Shown: in pieces, positions 1 through 9,701 of the stretch
Layout of the letters: the number at the start of each line of letters is the position of its first letter
Position numbering within the stretch: the stretch's first letter is position 1
From: Cereibacter sphaeroides 2.4.1
Lineage (GTDB): Bacteria; Pseudomonadota; Alphaproteobacteria; Rhodobacterales; Rhodobacteraceae
Assembly (NCBI RefSeq): GCF_000012905.2
Contig: NC_007493.2
Coordinates: 1,470,001 to 1,502,000, forward strand
Reading direction: 5' to 3'
Length of the DNA: 32,000 bases
Notes under the pieces: generated by a model
Seen by the model: the letters and a program-made list of their open reading frames with translations, nothing else
Database searches by the model: none
What the model was told of the DNA's origin: nothing
Made by a program: the position numbers and the translations under genes

Positions 1-2029
1 GATCCTCGTTGACCGTAAGCGAGACGCGGATCTCGGGTTCGAACCCCTGACCTTCCGCCTCGCGGCGGGCCTCGATCGCCTCGCCCGCGTTCTTCATCAG
101 GTTGGTCAAGGCCTGCCCGATCATGGTCGTGTCGATGTCGATGGGCCAGGGATCCGACGGCAGCCGCGCCTCGATCCGCACCTCGGGCTGGCCCGCCTCC
201 TGCAGCACCACCGCGTCGCGGACGAGCTTCACGAGATCCGCCTCGCGCCGGTCGGGCTCGGGCATCCGGGCGAATTTCGAGAATTCGTCCACGATACGGC
301 GCAGATCGTTGGTCTGGCGGATGATGACATCGGAATATTGGTCGAGATCGCCCGCCTGCTCGCCCACGAGCGGGCGGAACTTGCGCTTGATCCGCTCGGC
401 CGAGAGCTGGATCGGCGTCAGCGGGTTCTTGATCTCATGCGCGATGCGCCGCGCCACGTCGCCCCAGGCGGCCATCCGCTGCGCCGAGACGAGGTCGGTC
501 ACGTCGTCGAAGGCCACCACATAGCCTTCGAGCCGGCCGCTCTCGTTGCGCCGCGGGCTCATGCGGACGAGAAGGCTCTCCATCCGGCCCTTGCGGATCA
601 GGCGGATCTCCTCCTGCACGGCCGCCCCCGTCTCGCGCAGCCGCGCGAAGAGGGCCGCGAACTCCGGCACGGCGGTGGACAGGGACATGTTGCCCGCCTG
701 CGGCAGTTCGAGCAGCCGCTGGGCGGCGCGGTTGATGAAATCGACCTGCCCCACCGCGTCGAGCCCGATCACCCCCGCCGTGACCGAGGAGAGCACCGAG
801 TCGAACAGCCGCCGCCGCCGCTCGGTCTGGCGGTTGTTGTCCATCAGCGCGTCGCGCTGGCCCTTCAGCTGCCGGGTCATCTGGTTGAAGAGCCGGCCCA
901 GCATCGCGATCTCGTCGTCGCCCTCCTCCTCGGGCACCTGCACGTCGAGATCGCCCGCACCCACGCGCTGCGCAGCCCCTGCGAGCCGCCCCACGGGGCG
1001 CGACAGCCGCTCGGCGAACCAGAACCCCAGCCAGACGGCGGCAAGGATCAGGATCAGCGCGAAGCCGAGGTAGAGCAGCCCGAACTCGAACAGCATCCGC
1101 CCGCGCTCGGCTTCCAGCTGATGATAGAGCACCACCGTCTCGCGCGTATCGTCGAGCAGGCTCAGGATCGAGCCGTCCACCGTGCGCGAGACATAGAGGA
1201 AGCGGTCGGGGAAGGCCGTGAGATGGACGAGGGCGCGGAATTCGTTGTTGGCCCAGTCCTGGATCAGGACCGTCTGGCCCGCGCGCGCCCGCTCGATGTC
1301 GGTGGCATCGGGCTGCTCGAAATCGAAGAGATAGCTGCGTTCGCCCCGGGTGCGGAGCACGCCGCTGCCATCGATCAGGAAGGCCTCGCGCAGGCCGCGC
1401 TGGATCTTCTCCTGTCCCTGCGTGAGAAGCGGCCGCAGCTGGTCGTCGCGCAGGAAGAAGGTCGATTGCTTGGCCACGTTGAGATAGGCCGCCAGCGCCT
1501 CGGCATCCTCGATCAGATCGCGGCGGTGCTCTTCCTGATAGGCCTCGGCTGCCTCGAGCGAGGCCCCCACCACCTGCCGCACCCGCTCAGAGAACCAGCC
1601 CTCCAGACCCACGTTCACCGTGAGCATCGCGAAGACCGCGACGAGGATGGTGGGCACGAGCGCGAGCCCCGCGAAGGTGCCCACCAGCCGCAGATGCAGC
1701 CGCGAGCCCGCCGACTGGCTGCGCCGGTCCGAGACCATGCGGGCGATCCGCGCGATCACCAGCGCCGCCACCGCGAGGACGTAGACCAGATCGGCCAGCA
1801 GCACGAATCGCAGCGAGGGCGAATTCGCCCCCTGATTCATCGGCCCCAATGCAAGGAAGGTCGCCAGCGCCAGCACCGGCCCCAGCAGGACGAGGCCGAA
1901 GGCCATCGCCGTCTGGAATCGCCGCTGCCTGCGCAGGCGCGCGAGCTTGATCCAGGTGTTGCTGCGCACAGCAGTCCGCACGGATAGCCTGTCCCGCCTC
2001 TCGGGGGGCGGTTGGGCCGCCCTCCCCAT
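1..2029 (-). CDS. ntrY: Sensor histidine kinase NtrY. The 3' end runs off the left edge of the window and the 5' start is uncertain (ATG 2029, GTG 1981 or GTG 1969).
   Basis: My own minus-strand translation gives N-terminal TM segments (FGLVLLGPVLALATFLALGP). It also gives a HAMP region (AERLSRPVGRLAGAAQRVGAGDLDVQVPEE), a PAS-like region, an H-box (HEIKNPLTPIQLSAERIKRKF) and the start of an ATPase domain (LTNLMKNAGEAIE). It lies directly downstream of ntrBC, as in the alphaproteobacterial dusB-ntrB-ntrC-ntrY-ntrX cluster. It is absent from the ORF track because the stop codon is outside the window. Confidence 0.85.
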   Translation of the reverse strand, partial: MGRAAQPPPERRDRLSVRTAVRSNTWIKLARLRRQRRFQTAMAFGLVLLGPVLALATFLALGPMNQGANSPSLRFVLLADLVYVLAVAALVIARIARMVSDRRSQSAGSRLHLRLVGTFAGLALVPTILVAVFAMLTVNVGLEGWFSERVRQVVGASLEAAEAYQEEHRRDLIEDAEALAAYLNVAKQSTFFLRDDQLRPLLTQGQEKIQRGLREAFLIDGSGVLRTRGERSYLFDFEQPDATDIERARAGQTVLIQDWANNEFRALVHLTAFPDRFLYVSRTVDGSILSLLDDTRETVVLYHQLEAERGRMLFEFGLLYLGFALILILAAVWLGFWFAERLSRPVGRLAGAAQRVGAGDLDVQVPEEEGDDEIAMLGRLFNQMTRQLKGQRDALMDNNRQTERRRRLFDSVLSSVTAGVIGLDAVGQVDFINRAAQRLLELPQAGNMSLSTAVPEFAALFARLRETGAAVQEEIRLIRKGRMESLLVRMSPRRNESGRLEGYVVAFDDVTDLVSAQRMAAWGDVARRIAHEIKNPLTPIQLSAERIKRKFRPLVGEQAGDLDQYSDVIIRQTNDLRRIVDEFSKFARMPEPDRREADLVKLVRDAVVLQEAGQPEVRIEARLPSDPWPIDIDTTMIGQALTNLMKNAGEAIEARREAEGQGFEPEIRVSLTVNED

Positions 2030-2080
2030 TTCAGGCGCCGACCGGGACTGTGCCCGCGTGCAACGCCGCCTGTTGCCGTT

Positions 2081-3448
2081 TTACATCAGCTTGCGGCGGC
2101 GTGTCACGCGAATATCGAGGTCGGTGATCTTCTTGCGCAAGGTATTGCGGTTGATCCCGAGCAGATCGGCACATTTCGCCTGATTCCCGGCGGTTGCATC
2201 CAGCGCGATCTCGATCAGCGGCGCCTCGACCTCGCGCAGGATGCGCTGATAGACGCCGGGCGGCGGAAGGGCGCCGCCGTGCAGATCGAAATAGCGCCGA
2301 AGGTGACGCGCCACCGAGGAGGACAGCTTCTCGCCCTCGCCGCCGCCCTTCAGCGGCTCCATCGCGGGCTGATTGCCCAGCACAGCCTCGACCTCGGCGC
2401 GGGTGATCTCGGCTTCGGCCGACGTCACCATCAGCCGCCGCAGCGTGTTCTCGAGCTGGCGGACGTTGCCGGGCCAGCTGTAGGCCCGCACGAGGTCGCG
2501 CGCCTCGTTCGACAGCCGCCGCGTGGCGCCGAGATCGCGCTCGCCACGCGCGAGGAAATGGTCCGCCAGGAGCGGAATGTCGTCCACCCGTTCGCGCAGC
2601 GAGGGCACATGCAGCGTCACGCCGCCCAGCCGGTAGTAGAGATCCTGCCGGAAGGCGCCCGACTCCAGCCGCGAGGCCAGATCCACCTGGCTCGTGGACA
2701 TGATGCGGGGCGCGTTGTCGCCCATCATGTCGAGCATCCGCACGATCCGGGCCTGCGTTTCCTCGTCGTAATCGGCCACCTCGTCGAAGACGAGGCTGCC
2801 GCCCTTGGCCCGCGACAGAAGCGAGGCCGGCCCCTCGACGCCCTGCAGGTCGGCCGCCTGCGCCACCACGAAGGGCAGCGTCCGGCGGTCCGAGAAATCG
2901 TGGATTGCGCGGGCGATCAGCGATTTGCCCGTGCCGGATTCGCCCGTGACCAGCACCGGAAGATCCGTGTTCATCACCCGCGCCACGAGGCGGTAGAGCG
3001 CCTGCATCGCCTGCGTCCGCCCGACGAGCGGCAGGTCGTCGCCGCCTTCGCGCGGCGGGGCGGCCTTGTTCACCGGCGCGCGGCGCTTCATGTCGAGCGC
3101 GCGGGCAGACCGTTTCATCAGGTCCGGCAGGTCGAAGGGCTTCGGCAGATAATCGTAGGCCTCGGCTTCGGCGGCCTGGATCGCGGTCATGATCGTGTTC
3201 TGCGCCGAGATCACGATGACCGGCAGACCCGGGCGCAGCTTCGAGATCCGCGGCAGCGCCTCGAGCCCGTTGCCGTCGGGCATGACCACGTCCGAGATCA
3301 CGAGGTCGCCCTTGCCCTCCTCGACCCAGCGCATCAGGGTCATCAGGCTGGAGGTCGCGTGCACCTTGCAGCCGGCCCGCGTCAGGGCCTGCGTCAGCAC
3401 CGTGCGGATCGTGCGATCGTCGTCCGCCACGAGAACAGTGCCGTCCAT
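2081..3448 (-). CDS. ntrC: Nitrogen-regulation response regulator NtrC (receiver + AAA+ + Fis-type HTH), lacking the GAFTGA sigma54-contact loop.
   Basis: ORF 2081..3451. [18 protein letters not shown] is a receiver domain, GESGTGKS is Walker A, and the C-terminal HTH is [20 protein letters not shown]. The likely start is ATG 3448, sharing 1 nt with the ntrB TGA (TGATG) and preceded by GGAGGTGA. Confidence 0.95.
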   Translation of the reverse strand: MDGTVLVADDDRTIRTVLTQALTRAGCKVHATSSLMTLMRWVEEGKGDLVISDVVMPDGNGLEALPRISKLRPGLPVIVISAQNTIMTAIQAAEAEAYDYLPKPFDLPDLMKRSARALDMKRRAPVNKAAPPREGGDDLPLVGRTQAMQALYRLVARVMNTDLPVLVTGESGTGKSLIARAIHDFSDRRTLPFVVAQAADLQGVEGPASLLSRAKGGSLVFDEVADYDEETQARIVRMLDMMGDNAPRIMSTSQVDLASRLESGAFRQDLYYRLGGVTLHVPSLRERVDDIPLLADHFLARGERDLGATRRLSNEARDLVRAYSWPGNVRQLENTLRRLMVTSAEAEITRAEVEAVLGNQPAMEPLKGGGEGEKLSSSVARHLRRYFDLHGGALPPPGVYQRILREVEAPLIEIALDATAGNQAKCADLLGINRNTLRKKITDLDIRVTRRRKLM

Positions 3449-4554
3449 CACTTCACCTCCATGTCATTGGACGCCGCTTCCCGGGGCGCCACCGGCAACG
3501 AGACCCGGAACACGGTGCGTCCGGGGGCCGAATCGACGGAAATCCATCCGCCGTGGTCGGATATGATCTTGTTGACCAGCGCGAGCCCGAGGCCGGTGCC
3601 ATTCTCGCGGCCCGAGACGAAGGGCTCGAAGATTTCCTTCGCGATGTCGGGCGCGATGCCCGGGCCGTCGTCGATGATCTCGACCTGAAGCGGCAGCGCG
3701 CCTCCCGACCCGTCCGCCCGGCGCAGCCGCAGCGAGATGTCGTAGAAGGTCCGCAGCCGGATGCGGCCCCCCTGCGGGCCCGCGGCCTCGGCGGCGTTCT
3801 TGATGAGGTTCAGGAACACCTGCATCAGCTGATCCGCATCGGCATAGGTCGCGGGCAGCGAGGGGTCGTATTCCTCGGTGATCCGCATCTTGGCGGCAAA
3901 GCCCACCGCCGCCGACTTCCGCGCCCGGTCGAGCGCATCGTGGATGTTCACCGCCCGCCGCTCGGGCGGGCGCAGATTGCCGAACTGCTCCACCTGTTCG
4001 AGAAGCTTCACGATGCGGCGCGTCTCCTCGACGATCAGATCGGCCAGCTCGCGATCCTCCGCCGAGAGGTTCATGGCGATGAGCTGCGCCGCCCCCGAAA
4101 TGCCCGCAAGCGGGTTCTTGATCTCGTGCGCCAGCATCTCGGCCATGCCGATGGCGGATTTGGCGGCAGACTTGGCCGCCGTCGCCCGCCCCAGCCGGTC
4201 AGCGATCTCGCGCGGCGAGATCAGCAGCATGACGATCTCGGCATTGTCGTGCAACGGCGCGATCTGGATGTTGCACTGCACCGGCGGACGCTCGCCCGAG
4301 GTCACATCCACATCGTTGATGAAGATGGGCGACTGGTTCGCCCGCGCCCGCGACAGGGCCTCGTCCACCGGCGCGTCGATCAGGATCCGGTCGAAGGCGG
4401 GCTGGCCCTGCAGGCTCTTCGACGAGGCATTGAGGAAGGCCTCGGCCGCCGGGTTCGATTCGATGATGATGCCGTCGGGGTTGATGAGCACCGCCGGAAG
4501 CGGAAGGCTGGCCCAGATCACCCCGGGAACGGGATAGGGCGAACGGAAGCTCAT
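3448..4554 (-). CDS. ntrB: Nitrogen-regulation sensor histidine kinase NtrB.
   Basis: This is the internal Met of ORF 3448..5307: [18 protein letters not shown]... It has a PAS region, an H-box ([17 protein letters not shown]) and ATPase G-boxes ([15 protein letters not shown]). The ATG at 4554 overlaps the dusB stop (ATGA). The upstream 250 aa of the track ORF is R/G-rich shadow sequence. Confidence 0.93.
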   Translation of the reverse strand: MSFRSPYPVPGVIWASLPLPAVLINPDGIIIESNPAAEAFLNASSKSLQGQPAFDRILIDAPVDEALSRARANQSPIFINDVDVTSGERPPVQCNIQIAPLHDNAEIVMLLISPREIADRLGRATAAKSAAKSAIGMAEMLAHEIKNPLAGISGAAQLIAMNLSAEDRELADLIVEETRRIVKLLEQVEQFGNLRPPERRAVNIHDALDRARKSAAVGFAAKMRITEEYDPSLPATYADADQLMQVFLNLIKNAAEAAGPQGGRIRLRTFYDISLRLRRADGSGGALPLQVEIIDDGPGIAPDIAKEIFEPFVSGRENGTGLGLALVNKIISDHGGWISVDSAPGRTVFRVSLPVAPREAASNDMEVK

Positions 4555-5531
4555 GCGGCGGCCCTTTCCTGTGCGCCGAAGGCCTGCCGCAGCGCGCGGA
4601 CCACCCGGGCCGGATCGGTTCCGGTCACGATGGGGCCCCGGTGCGCCGCCAGACCCGCGGCCTCGAGGTACCAGTTGAGATGTTTGCGCGCGACGCGCAG
4701 CCCGAGGTCGCGCCCGTAGAAGGAGAGCATCTCCTCGTAATGGGCGACGACGAGATCGGCGAGCGCCTCTCCCTCGGGCACGTCGGGTGCCGCGCGCCCG
4801 TCGAGCGCCGAGGCCACCTGTCCGAGAAGCCAGGGCCGGCCCTGCGCGCCGCGCCCGACCATGACGCCCGCAGCCCCCGAGGCCGCCAGCGCCGCCTGCG
4901 CCTCCTCGGGCCCCGTGATGTCGCCATTGGCCACCACCGGCACCGAGACCGCCTCGACCACCGGGCGGATCGCGGCCCAGTCGGCGCGACCGGTGTAGAA
5001 CTGGCAGCGCGTGCGGCCATGGATCGTGATCATCGCCACCCCCGCCGCTTCGGCGCGCCGCGCGATCTCGGGCGCGTTCAGCATCCCCTCGTCCCAGCCC
5101 AGCCGCATCTTGAGCGTGACCGGCACCGCGACCGCCCCCACCACCGCCTCGATCAGTGCAAGCGCCCGGTCGGGCTCGCGCATCAGGGCCGAGCCCGACC
5201 AGCCGTTCGTGACCCGCTTGGCGGGACAGCCCATGTTGATGTCGATGATGCGGGCCCCCTGCGCCTCGACCAGCCGCGCGGCCTCGGCCATCCAGTGCGG
5301 ATCGCACCCCGCCAGCTGCACCGCCGTGCGTCCCTCGGCGGCGCCGATCTCGGCCCGCGCCCGCGCCTCGGCGCCCGCGCAGACCACCTCGCGGCTCGCC
5401 ACCATCTCGGAGACGACCAGCCCGGCGCCGAAGCGCACGGCAAGCCGCCGGAAGGGAAGATCCGTAATTCCCGCCATCGGCGCGAGGAGCACCGGCGGAT
5501 CCACCGGAAGCTGAGCGATGCGAAGGGCCAA
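4551..5531 (-). CDS. dusB: tRNA-dihydrouridine synthase B (NifR3 family).
   Basis: 326 aa. LLAPMAGITDLPFRRL, INMGCPAKRV and TIHGRTR are Dus-family motifs. The start is TTG, with AAGGAA 7 nt upstream. It is the first gene of the dusB-ntrBC operon. Confidence 0.93.
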   Translation of the reverse strand: MALRIAQLPVDPPVLLAPMAGITDLPFRRLAVRFGAGLVVSEMVASREVVCAGAEARARAEIGAAEGRTAVQLAGCDPHWMAEAARLVEAQGARIIDINMGCPAKRVTNGWSGSALMREPDRALALIEAVVGAVAVPVTLKMRLGWDEGMLNAPEIARRAEAAGVAMITIHGRTRCQFYTGRADWAAIRPVVEAVSVPVVANGDITGPEEAQAALAASGAAGVMVGRGAQGRPWLLGQVASALDGRAAPDVPEGEALADLVVAHYEEMLSFYGRDLGLRVARKHLNWYLEAAGLAAHRGPIVTGTDPARVVRALRQAFGAQERAAA

Positions 5532-5590
5532 GTGCCTATTCCTTGTGCGTCAGCCCTCAGTTACGGCGAGGCGGAGCGGAAGACAACTCG

Positions 5591-5640
5591 GCGCATTGCA
5601 ACTTTGCTGTGAAATCATGCTATGCACATTTATTGGGCGA
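5591..5640. promoter_or_regulatory. AT-rich patch in the dusB/ispD divergent intergenic region; a probable promoter zone.
   Basis: gcattgcaactttgctgtgaaatcatgctatgcacatttattggg is far less GC-rich than its surroundings. It contains TTGCAA and TATGCA-like hexamers, but I cannot assign a convincing -35/-10 pair. Confidence 0.25.
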
Positions 5641-5744
5641 TGCTGCTCAAACCACTGCCGCTTGGCGACTGGCCCGCGACAGGAGGGTCGATTGTCTCCC
5701 GCCGCGCCATGGCCTAGAGCTTCGGACAAAGGAATGACGGGGCC

Positions 5745-6422
5745 ATGACGACAGCCGCAATCATCGTCGCCGCCGGACGCGGCACACGCGCGGGCGGAGA
5801 CCTGCCGAAACAGTGGCAGCCGCTGGCGGGCCGGCCGGTGCTGGCCCATACGCTGGCGGCCTTCCGGGCCGCGGCCGGGGTGAGCCGCACCCTCCTCGTC
5901 ATCCACCCTGACGACCGCGCCCGGGCTGAAGCGCTTCCGGGCGTGGCCGAGGGCAAGGTCGAACTCGTCGAGGGCGGCGCCTCGCGCGACGCCTCGGTGC
6001 GCAATGCGCTCGAGGCGCTGGCCGGGGCAGGAATCGAGCGGGTGCTGATCCATGACGGCGCGCGCCCCCTCGTGGCGCCCGAACTGATCGCGCGCACGCT
6101 CGCCGCCCTCGAGACGGCGCCGGGCGCCGCGCCCGCCGTGCCCGTCTCGGATGCGCTCTGGCGCGGCGAAGGCGGCCGCGTCGTGGGCACGCAGGACCGC
6201 ACCGGCCTCTTTCGCGCGCAGACCCCGCAGGCCTTCCGCTATGAGGCGATCCTTGCCGCCCACCGCGCCCATCCCGGCGGGGCCGCCGACGATGTCGAGG
6301 TGGCCCGCGCGGCCGGGCTCGAGGTGGCCATCGTCGAGGGCTGCGAGGACAATCTGAAAGTGACTTATCCCGGCGATTTCGCGCGGGCCGAGCGGCTGCT
6401 CGCGCTTGCGGCCGGGCTCTGA
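5745..6422 (+). CDS. ispD: 2-C-methyl-D-erythritol 4-phosphate cytidylyltransferase.
   Basis: 225 aa. The N-terminus is [20 protein letters not shown], and the RAQTPQAF motif is present. Confidence 0.93.
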   Translation: MTTAAIIVAAGRGTRAGGDLPKQWQPLAGRPVLAHTLAAFRAAAGVSRTLLVIHPDDRARAEALPGVAEGKVELVEGGASRDASVRNALEALAGAGIERVLIHDGARPLVAPELIARTLAALETAPGAAPAVPVSDALWRGEGGRVVGTQDRTGLFRAQTPQAFRYEAILAAHRAHPGGAADDVEVARAAGLEVAIVEGCEDNLKVTYPGDFARAERLLALAAGL

Positions 6423-6462
6423 GGCGCGCCCGGACCAAGCCGGCCCCGGCCGGTCATCACCC

Positions 6463-6480
6463 GCCGGCCCAAGGGCCGGC
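6463..6480 (+). other. GC-rich hairpin between ispD and ispF.
   Basis: GCCGGCCC-AA-GGGCCGGC is a perfect 8-nt inverted repeat (effectively 7 bp plus a 4-nt loop) inside the 108-nt ispD-ispF spacer. There is no U-tract. Confidence 0.4.
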
Positions 6481-6530
6481 CGAAACGCCGCCGGTCTCAA
6501 GCCCGGCCACGGAAGAACGAGGAGACTGAA

Positions 6531-7010
6531 TTGGACATCCGCACCGGCAACGGCTTCGACGTGCATGCCTTCGGGCCCGGCGATCATGTGTGGCTCTGCG
6601 GGGTGCGCGTGCCGCACCATCGCGGGCTGATCGGCCATTCGGACGCCGATGTGGGCATGCATGCGCTGACCGATGCGATCTACGGCGCGCTGGCCGAGGG
6701 CGACATCGGCGTGCATTTCCCCCCGTCGGACCCGCAGTGGAAGGGCGCGGCCTCGCGCATCTTCCTCGAACATGCCATGGGTCGGATCGCGGCGCGCGGC
6801 TACACGCTCGCCAACTGCGACGTGACGCTCATCTGCGAGCGCCCGAAGATCGGCCCCGTGGCGCCCGCGATGCGCGAGGCGCTGGCCGAGATCATGGGCA
6901 TCGCCGCGGATCGGATCTCGGTCAAGGCCACCACCTCCGAGAAGCTGGGCTTCACGGGCCGCGAGGAAGGCATTGCCGCCATCGCGACCGTGGCCCTGCT
7001 GCAGGCATGA
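6531..7010 (+). CDS. ispF: 2-C-methyl-D-erythritol 2,4-cyclodiphosphate synthase.
   Basis: 159 aa. Motifs are [24 protein letters not shown] and [15 protein letters not shown]. The start is TTG, with GGAGA 6 nt upstream. Confidence 0.95.
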   Translation: MDIRTGNGFDVHAFGPGDHVWLCGVRVPHHRGLIGHSDADVGMHALTDAIYGALAEGDIGVHFPPSDPQWKGAASRIFLEHAMGRIAARGYTLANCDVTLICERPKIGPVAPAMREALAEIMGIAADRISVKATTSEKLGFTGREEGIAAIATVALLQA

Positions 7011-7504
7011 GGCTCACCCGCGCGATCTGCACTGCCGGAGGCATCGGCCTCCTCCGCCCCGCGCCGGGCACCTGGGGCTCGGCCGCGGCCGTGGGGGCGG
7101 GCCTCCTCCTCCACGGGCTCGGCAGCTTCCCGCTCCTTCTCGCGGCGACGCTCGCCGCCTGCGGGCTGGGCCTCTGGGCCGTCCGCGAGGAGTTGAAGCT
7201 GCGCCCCCATGCCGATCCGCCCGAGTTCGTCATCGACGAGGTGGCGGGCCAGTGGATCGCGCTGCTCTTCCCCTCCTGCGGCTTCTGGCTGATGGGGCTC
7301 GCCAACTGGCACTTCCCCTATCCGGGTTGGGTCGGCGCATTCTTCTTCTTCCGGCTGTTCGACATCTGGAAGCCCTGGATCATCGGCCGGCTCGACCGGC
7401 GCGAGGACTGGGTGGGGCTGATGGCCGACGACCTGATGGCGGGCCTCTTTGCCGGGGTGGCCACCCTGATCGCGGCCGGGATCGCGCACGGGGTGCTGAT
7501 GTGA
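7007..7504 (+). CDS. pgpA: Phosphatidylglycerophosphatase A.
   Basis: This is the in-frame Met of ORF 6590..7504. It is 165 aa and hydrophobic. The motifs [16 protein letters not shown] and [10 protein letters not shown] are typical of PgpA. The ATG overlaps the ispF stop (ATGA). Confidence 0.9.
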   Translation: MRLTRAICTAGGIGLLRPAPGTWGSAAAVGAGLLLHGLGSFPLLLAATLAACGLGLWAVREELKLRPHADPPEFVIDEVAGQWIALLFPSCGFWLMGLANWHFPYPGWVGAFFFFRLFDIWKPWIIGRLDRREDWVGLMADDLMAGLFAGVATLIAAGIAHGVLM

Positions 7505-7986
7505 GCCCCGCGGCCCTCCTGGCGCTGGCCCGCGCGAAGGGCGCCCGCATCGCCACCGCGGAAAGCTGCACGGGCGGGATGATCTCGGCCGCGCTCACCG
7601 ATGTGGCGGGCTCGTCGGACGTGTTCGACCGCGGGTTCGTGACCTATTCCAACGCGGCCAAACAGGCGATGCTCGGCGTGTCGCCGGACACGCTCGCCCG
7701 CGTGGGCGCAGTCTCGGAAGAGGTGGCGCGCGAGATGGCCGAAGGCGCGCTCGCGCGGTCGGACGCTACGCTCGCGGTGGCCGTCACCGGCATCGCCGGG
7801 CCGGGCGGATCAGAGTTCAAGCCCGAGGGCCGGGTCTGTTTCGGGCTGGCCGTGAAAGGCAGGCCCACGCTCGTCGAGACGGTCGAGTTCGGCCCCCGCG
7901 GCCGCGCCGCCGTCCGCAGCGCCACCGTGGCCCATGCGCTCAGCCTGTTGGCGCAGGCGCTCGGGGATCTGCCGGCCAGGGGCTGA
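7501..7986 (+). CDS. CinA C-terminal-domain protein / nicotinamide-nucleotide amidohydrolase PncC family.
   Basis: The GTG at 7501 is in frame in ORF 6973..7986 and overlaps the pgpA stop (GTGA). Motifs are [31 protein letters not shown] and [11 protein letters not shown]. Confidence 0.88.
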   Translation: MSPAALLALARAKGARIATAESCTGGMISAALTDVAGSSDVFDRGFVTYSNAAKQAMLGVSPDTLARVGAVSEEVAREMAEGALARSDATLAVAVTGIAGPGGSEFKPEGRVCFGLAVKGRPTLVETVEFGPRGRAAVRSATVAHALSLLAQALGDLPARG

Positions 7987-8020
7987 TCGGCCACGCCTGA
8001 GCCAAAGCGCTGGCGGCAGG

Positions 8021-9199
8021 TCAGACCGCCTGCCCCGCCGCCCAGCCCGAGGACCAGGCCCACTGGAAATTGTAGCCGCCGAGCCAGCCGGTCACATCCA
8101 CCGCCTCGCCCACGAAGTGGAGCCCCGGCACCGCCCGCGCTTCCAGCGTCCGCGCGTCGAGATGGTCGGTGTCGACGCCGCCCAGCGTCACCTCGGCCGT
8201 CCGATAGCCCTCCGTCCCCACCGGCCGAAGTTCCCAGCCGCGCAGAAGACCCGCGAGCCGGGCGAGCGTCGCGTTCGACTGCGCCCCGATCGGCCCCTCG
8301 ATCCCCGCCACCGTCTCGAGATGCCGCGCAAGCCGCTCGGGCAGATGCCGCGCAAGGATGGTGCGGGCGGCGCTGCGGGGCTGCTCGTTGCGGGCCGCGC
8401 GCAGTGCCGGGCCGGGATCGCCCTCCGGCGCGAGATTGACCAGAAGCGGCATCCCCTCGCGCCAGTAGGAGCTGGCCTGAAGGATCGCCGGCCCCGACAA
8501 TCCACGATGCGTGAACAACAGCGCCTCGTCGAAGCTCGTGCCCCCCGCGCTCACGCGCGCAGGCACCGCGAGCCCCGCCAGCGCCTTCAGCCGCTCCAGC
8601 TCCTGCGCGGCGAAGGTGAGCGGCACGAGGCCCGGGCGGGTCTCGACCACGGGCAGGCCGAAGCTCTCGGCCACGCGGTAGGCATAGCCCGTGGCGCCCA
8701 TCTTGGGGATCGACTTGCCGCCCGTCGCCACCACGACCGAGGCCGCCCGCACCGGCCCCGCAGGCGTGTCCACCTCGAAGCCCTCGGACAGCCGCCGGAT
8801 CTCGCCCGGCTCGACCCCGAGGCGCAGTTCCACCCCCGCCTCGCGCATCTGGCGCACCAGCATGTCCACGATCTGCGTGGCCGGCCCGTCGCAGAACAGC
8901 TGACCCAGCACCTTCTCGTGCCAGGCGATGCCCGCCGCATCGATCCGGGCGATGAAGTCCCACTGGGTGAAGCGCTTCAGCGCCGACAGCGCGAAGCGCG
9001 GATTGCGTGACAGGAACCGCTCGGGCGCGATCCCGAGGTTGGTGAAGTTGCAGCGGCCGCCGCCCGAGATGCGGATCTTCTCGCCCGGCGCGCGGGCCCG
9101 GTCGAGCACCAGCACGCGGCGCCCCCGCCGGCCCGCCTCGATGGCGCAGAACATGCCCGCGGCCCCTGCCCCGAGGATCAAGACGTCGGTTTTTTCCAT
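8021..9199 (-). CDS. NAD(P)/FAD-dependent oxidoreductase, HI0933/YhiN (BaiN-like) flavoprotein family.
   Basis: MEKTDVLILGAGAAGMFCAIEA is a dinucleotide-binding fold, and ISGGGRCNFTN is the family motif. The start is taken at ATG 9199, with GGAAGG 5 nt upstream; the track ORF extends to 9223. Confidence 0.85.
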   Translation of the reverse strand: MEKTDVLILGAGAAGMFCAIEAGRRGRRVLVLDRARAPGEKIRISGGGRCNFTNLGIAPERFLSRNPRFALSALKRFTQWDFIARIDAAGIAWHEKVLGQLFCDGPATQIVDMLVRQMREAGVELRLGVEPGEIRRLSEGFEVDTPAGPVRAASVVVATGGKSIPKMGATGYAYRVAESFGLPVVETRPGLVPLTFAAQELERLKALAGLAVPARVSAGGTSFDEALLFTHRGLSGPAILQASSYWREGMPLLVNLAPEGDPGPALRAARNEQPRSAARTILARHLPERLARHLETVAGIEGPIGAQSNATLARLAGLLRGWELRPVGTEGYRTAEVTLGGVDTDHLDARTLEARAVPGLHFVGEAVDVTGWLGGYNFQWAWSSGWAAGQAV

Positions 9200-9297
9200 G
9201 CGCCTTCCATAGCTTGCGGCCATTTGTGCGGCAATGCGAGAAATCTCGCGACTGCCTCTTGCAGAGGCCAGAACGCTTCGCTAAACACCGCCGCAGT

Positions 9298-9372
<75 letters not shown>

Positions 9373-9462
9373 GTCCAACGCCCGAGGGCCCGCGCCCCCG
9401 GACGGGGACGGCCGGTTGCTCTTGCGGCCCAGAGCAGCCTTTGGTAGAAACGGCCGCACAGT

Positions 9463-9537
9463 TGGGGCGTCGCCAAGCGGTAAGGCAGCGGTTTTTGGTA
9501 CCGCCATTCGTTGGTTCGAATCCAGCCGCCCCAGCCA
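9463..9537 (+). tRNA. tRNA-Gln (anticodon UUG), second copy.
   Basis: The fold is the same as the copy at 9298..9372, with a single T-to-C change in the D loop. Confidence 0.93.
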
Positions 9538-9651
9538 TCTTCCTCCGATCCGACAGACATTGCGCGCGCCTCGCGCGCCCGTCCAATTGCGGGTCTGCAG
9601 GTCCCGGCGCCTGCCGCAGAAGCCCGGCCCGAGTCTGACGAGACCGGCGCG

Positions 9652-9667
9652 CGTCCGTTTACGGACG
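9652..9667. terminator. Short hairpin between the tRNA pair and the convergent cobO 3' end.
   Basis: CGTCCG-TTTA-CGGACG is a 6-bp stem with a tetraloop. There is no U-tract on either strand, so the assignment is weak. Confidence 0.3.
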
Positions 9668-9701
9668 ACACGCCGCGGCTCATCCCCGGCCAGCCGTGGC
9701 C

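Noticed and set aside
338-1987. A 549-aa plus-strand ORF at the left end of the window.
   Set aside because: It is antisense to ntrY, whose minus-strand translation shows HAMP, PAS and H-box motifs. The plus-strand product is low-complexity and R/E/H/P-rich.
4555-5307. Long N-terminal extensions of the track ORFs for ntrB (to 5307), the NnrS-like gene (to 12037), cobO (to 11261), aroB (to 25584) and aroK (to 25490).
   Set aside because: The extensions overlap upstream genes, are R/G/P-rich, and lack homology. Internal Met codons with Shine-Dalgarno sequences or ATGA coupling give proteins of the expected family length.
5560-5700. A possible sigma54 (-24/-12) promoter or enteric-type NtrC palindromes in the dusB-ispD spacer.
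   Set aside because: The best candidate (cACAGCaaagTTGCAa on the minus strand) lacks the invariant GG. No TGCACC-N5-GGTGCA-like dyad is present, and the local NtrC lacks the sigma54-contact loop anyway.
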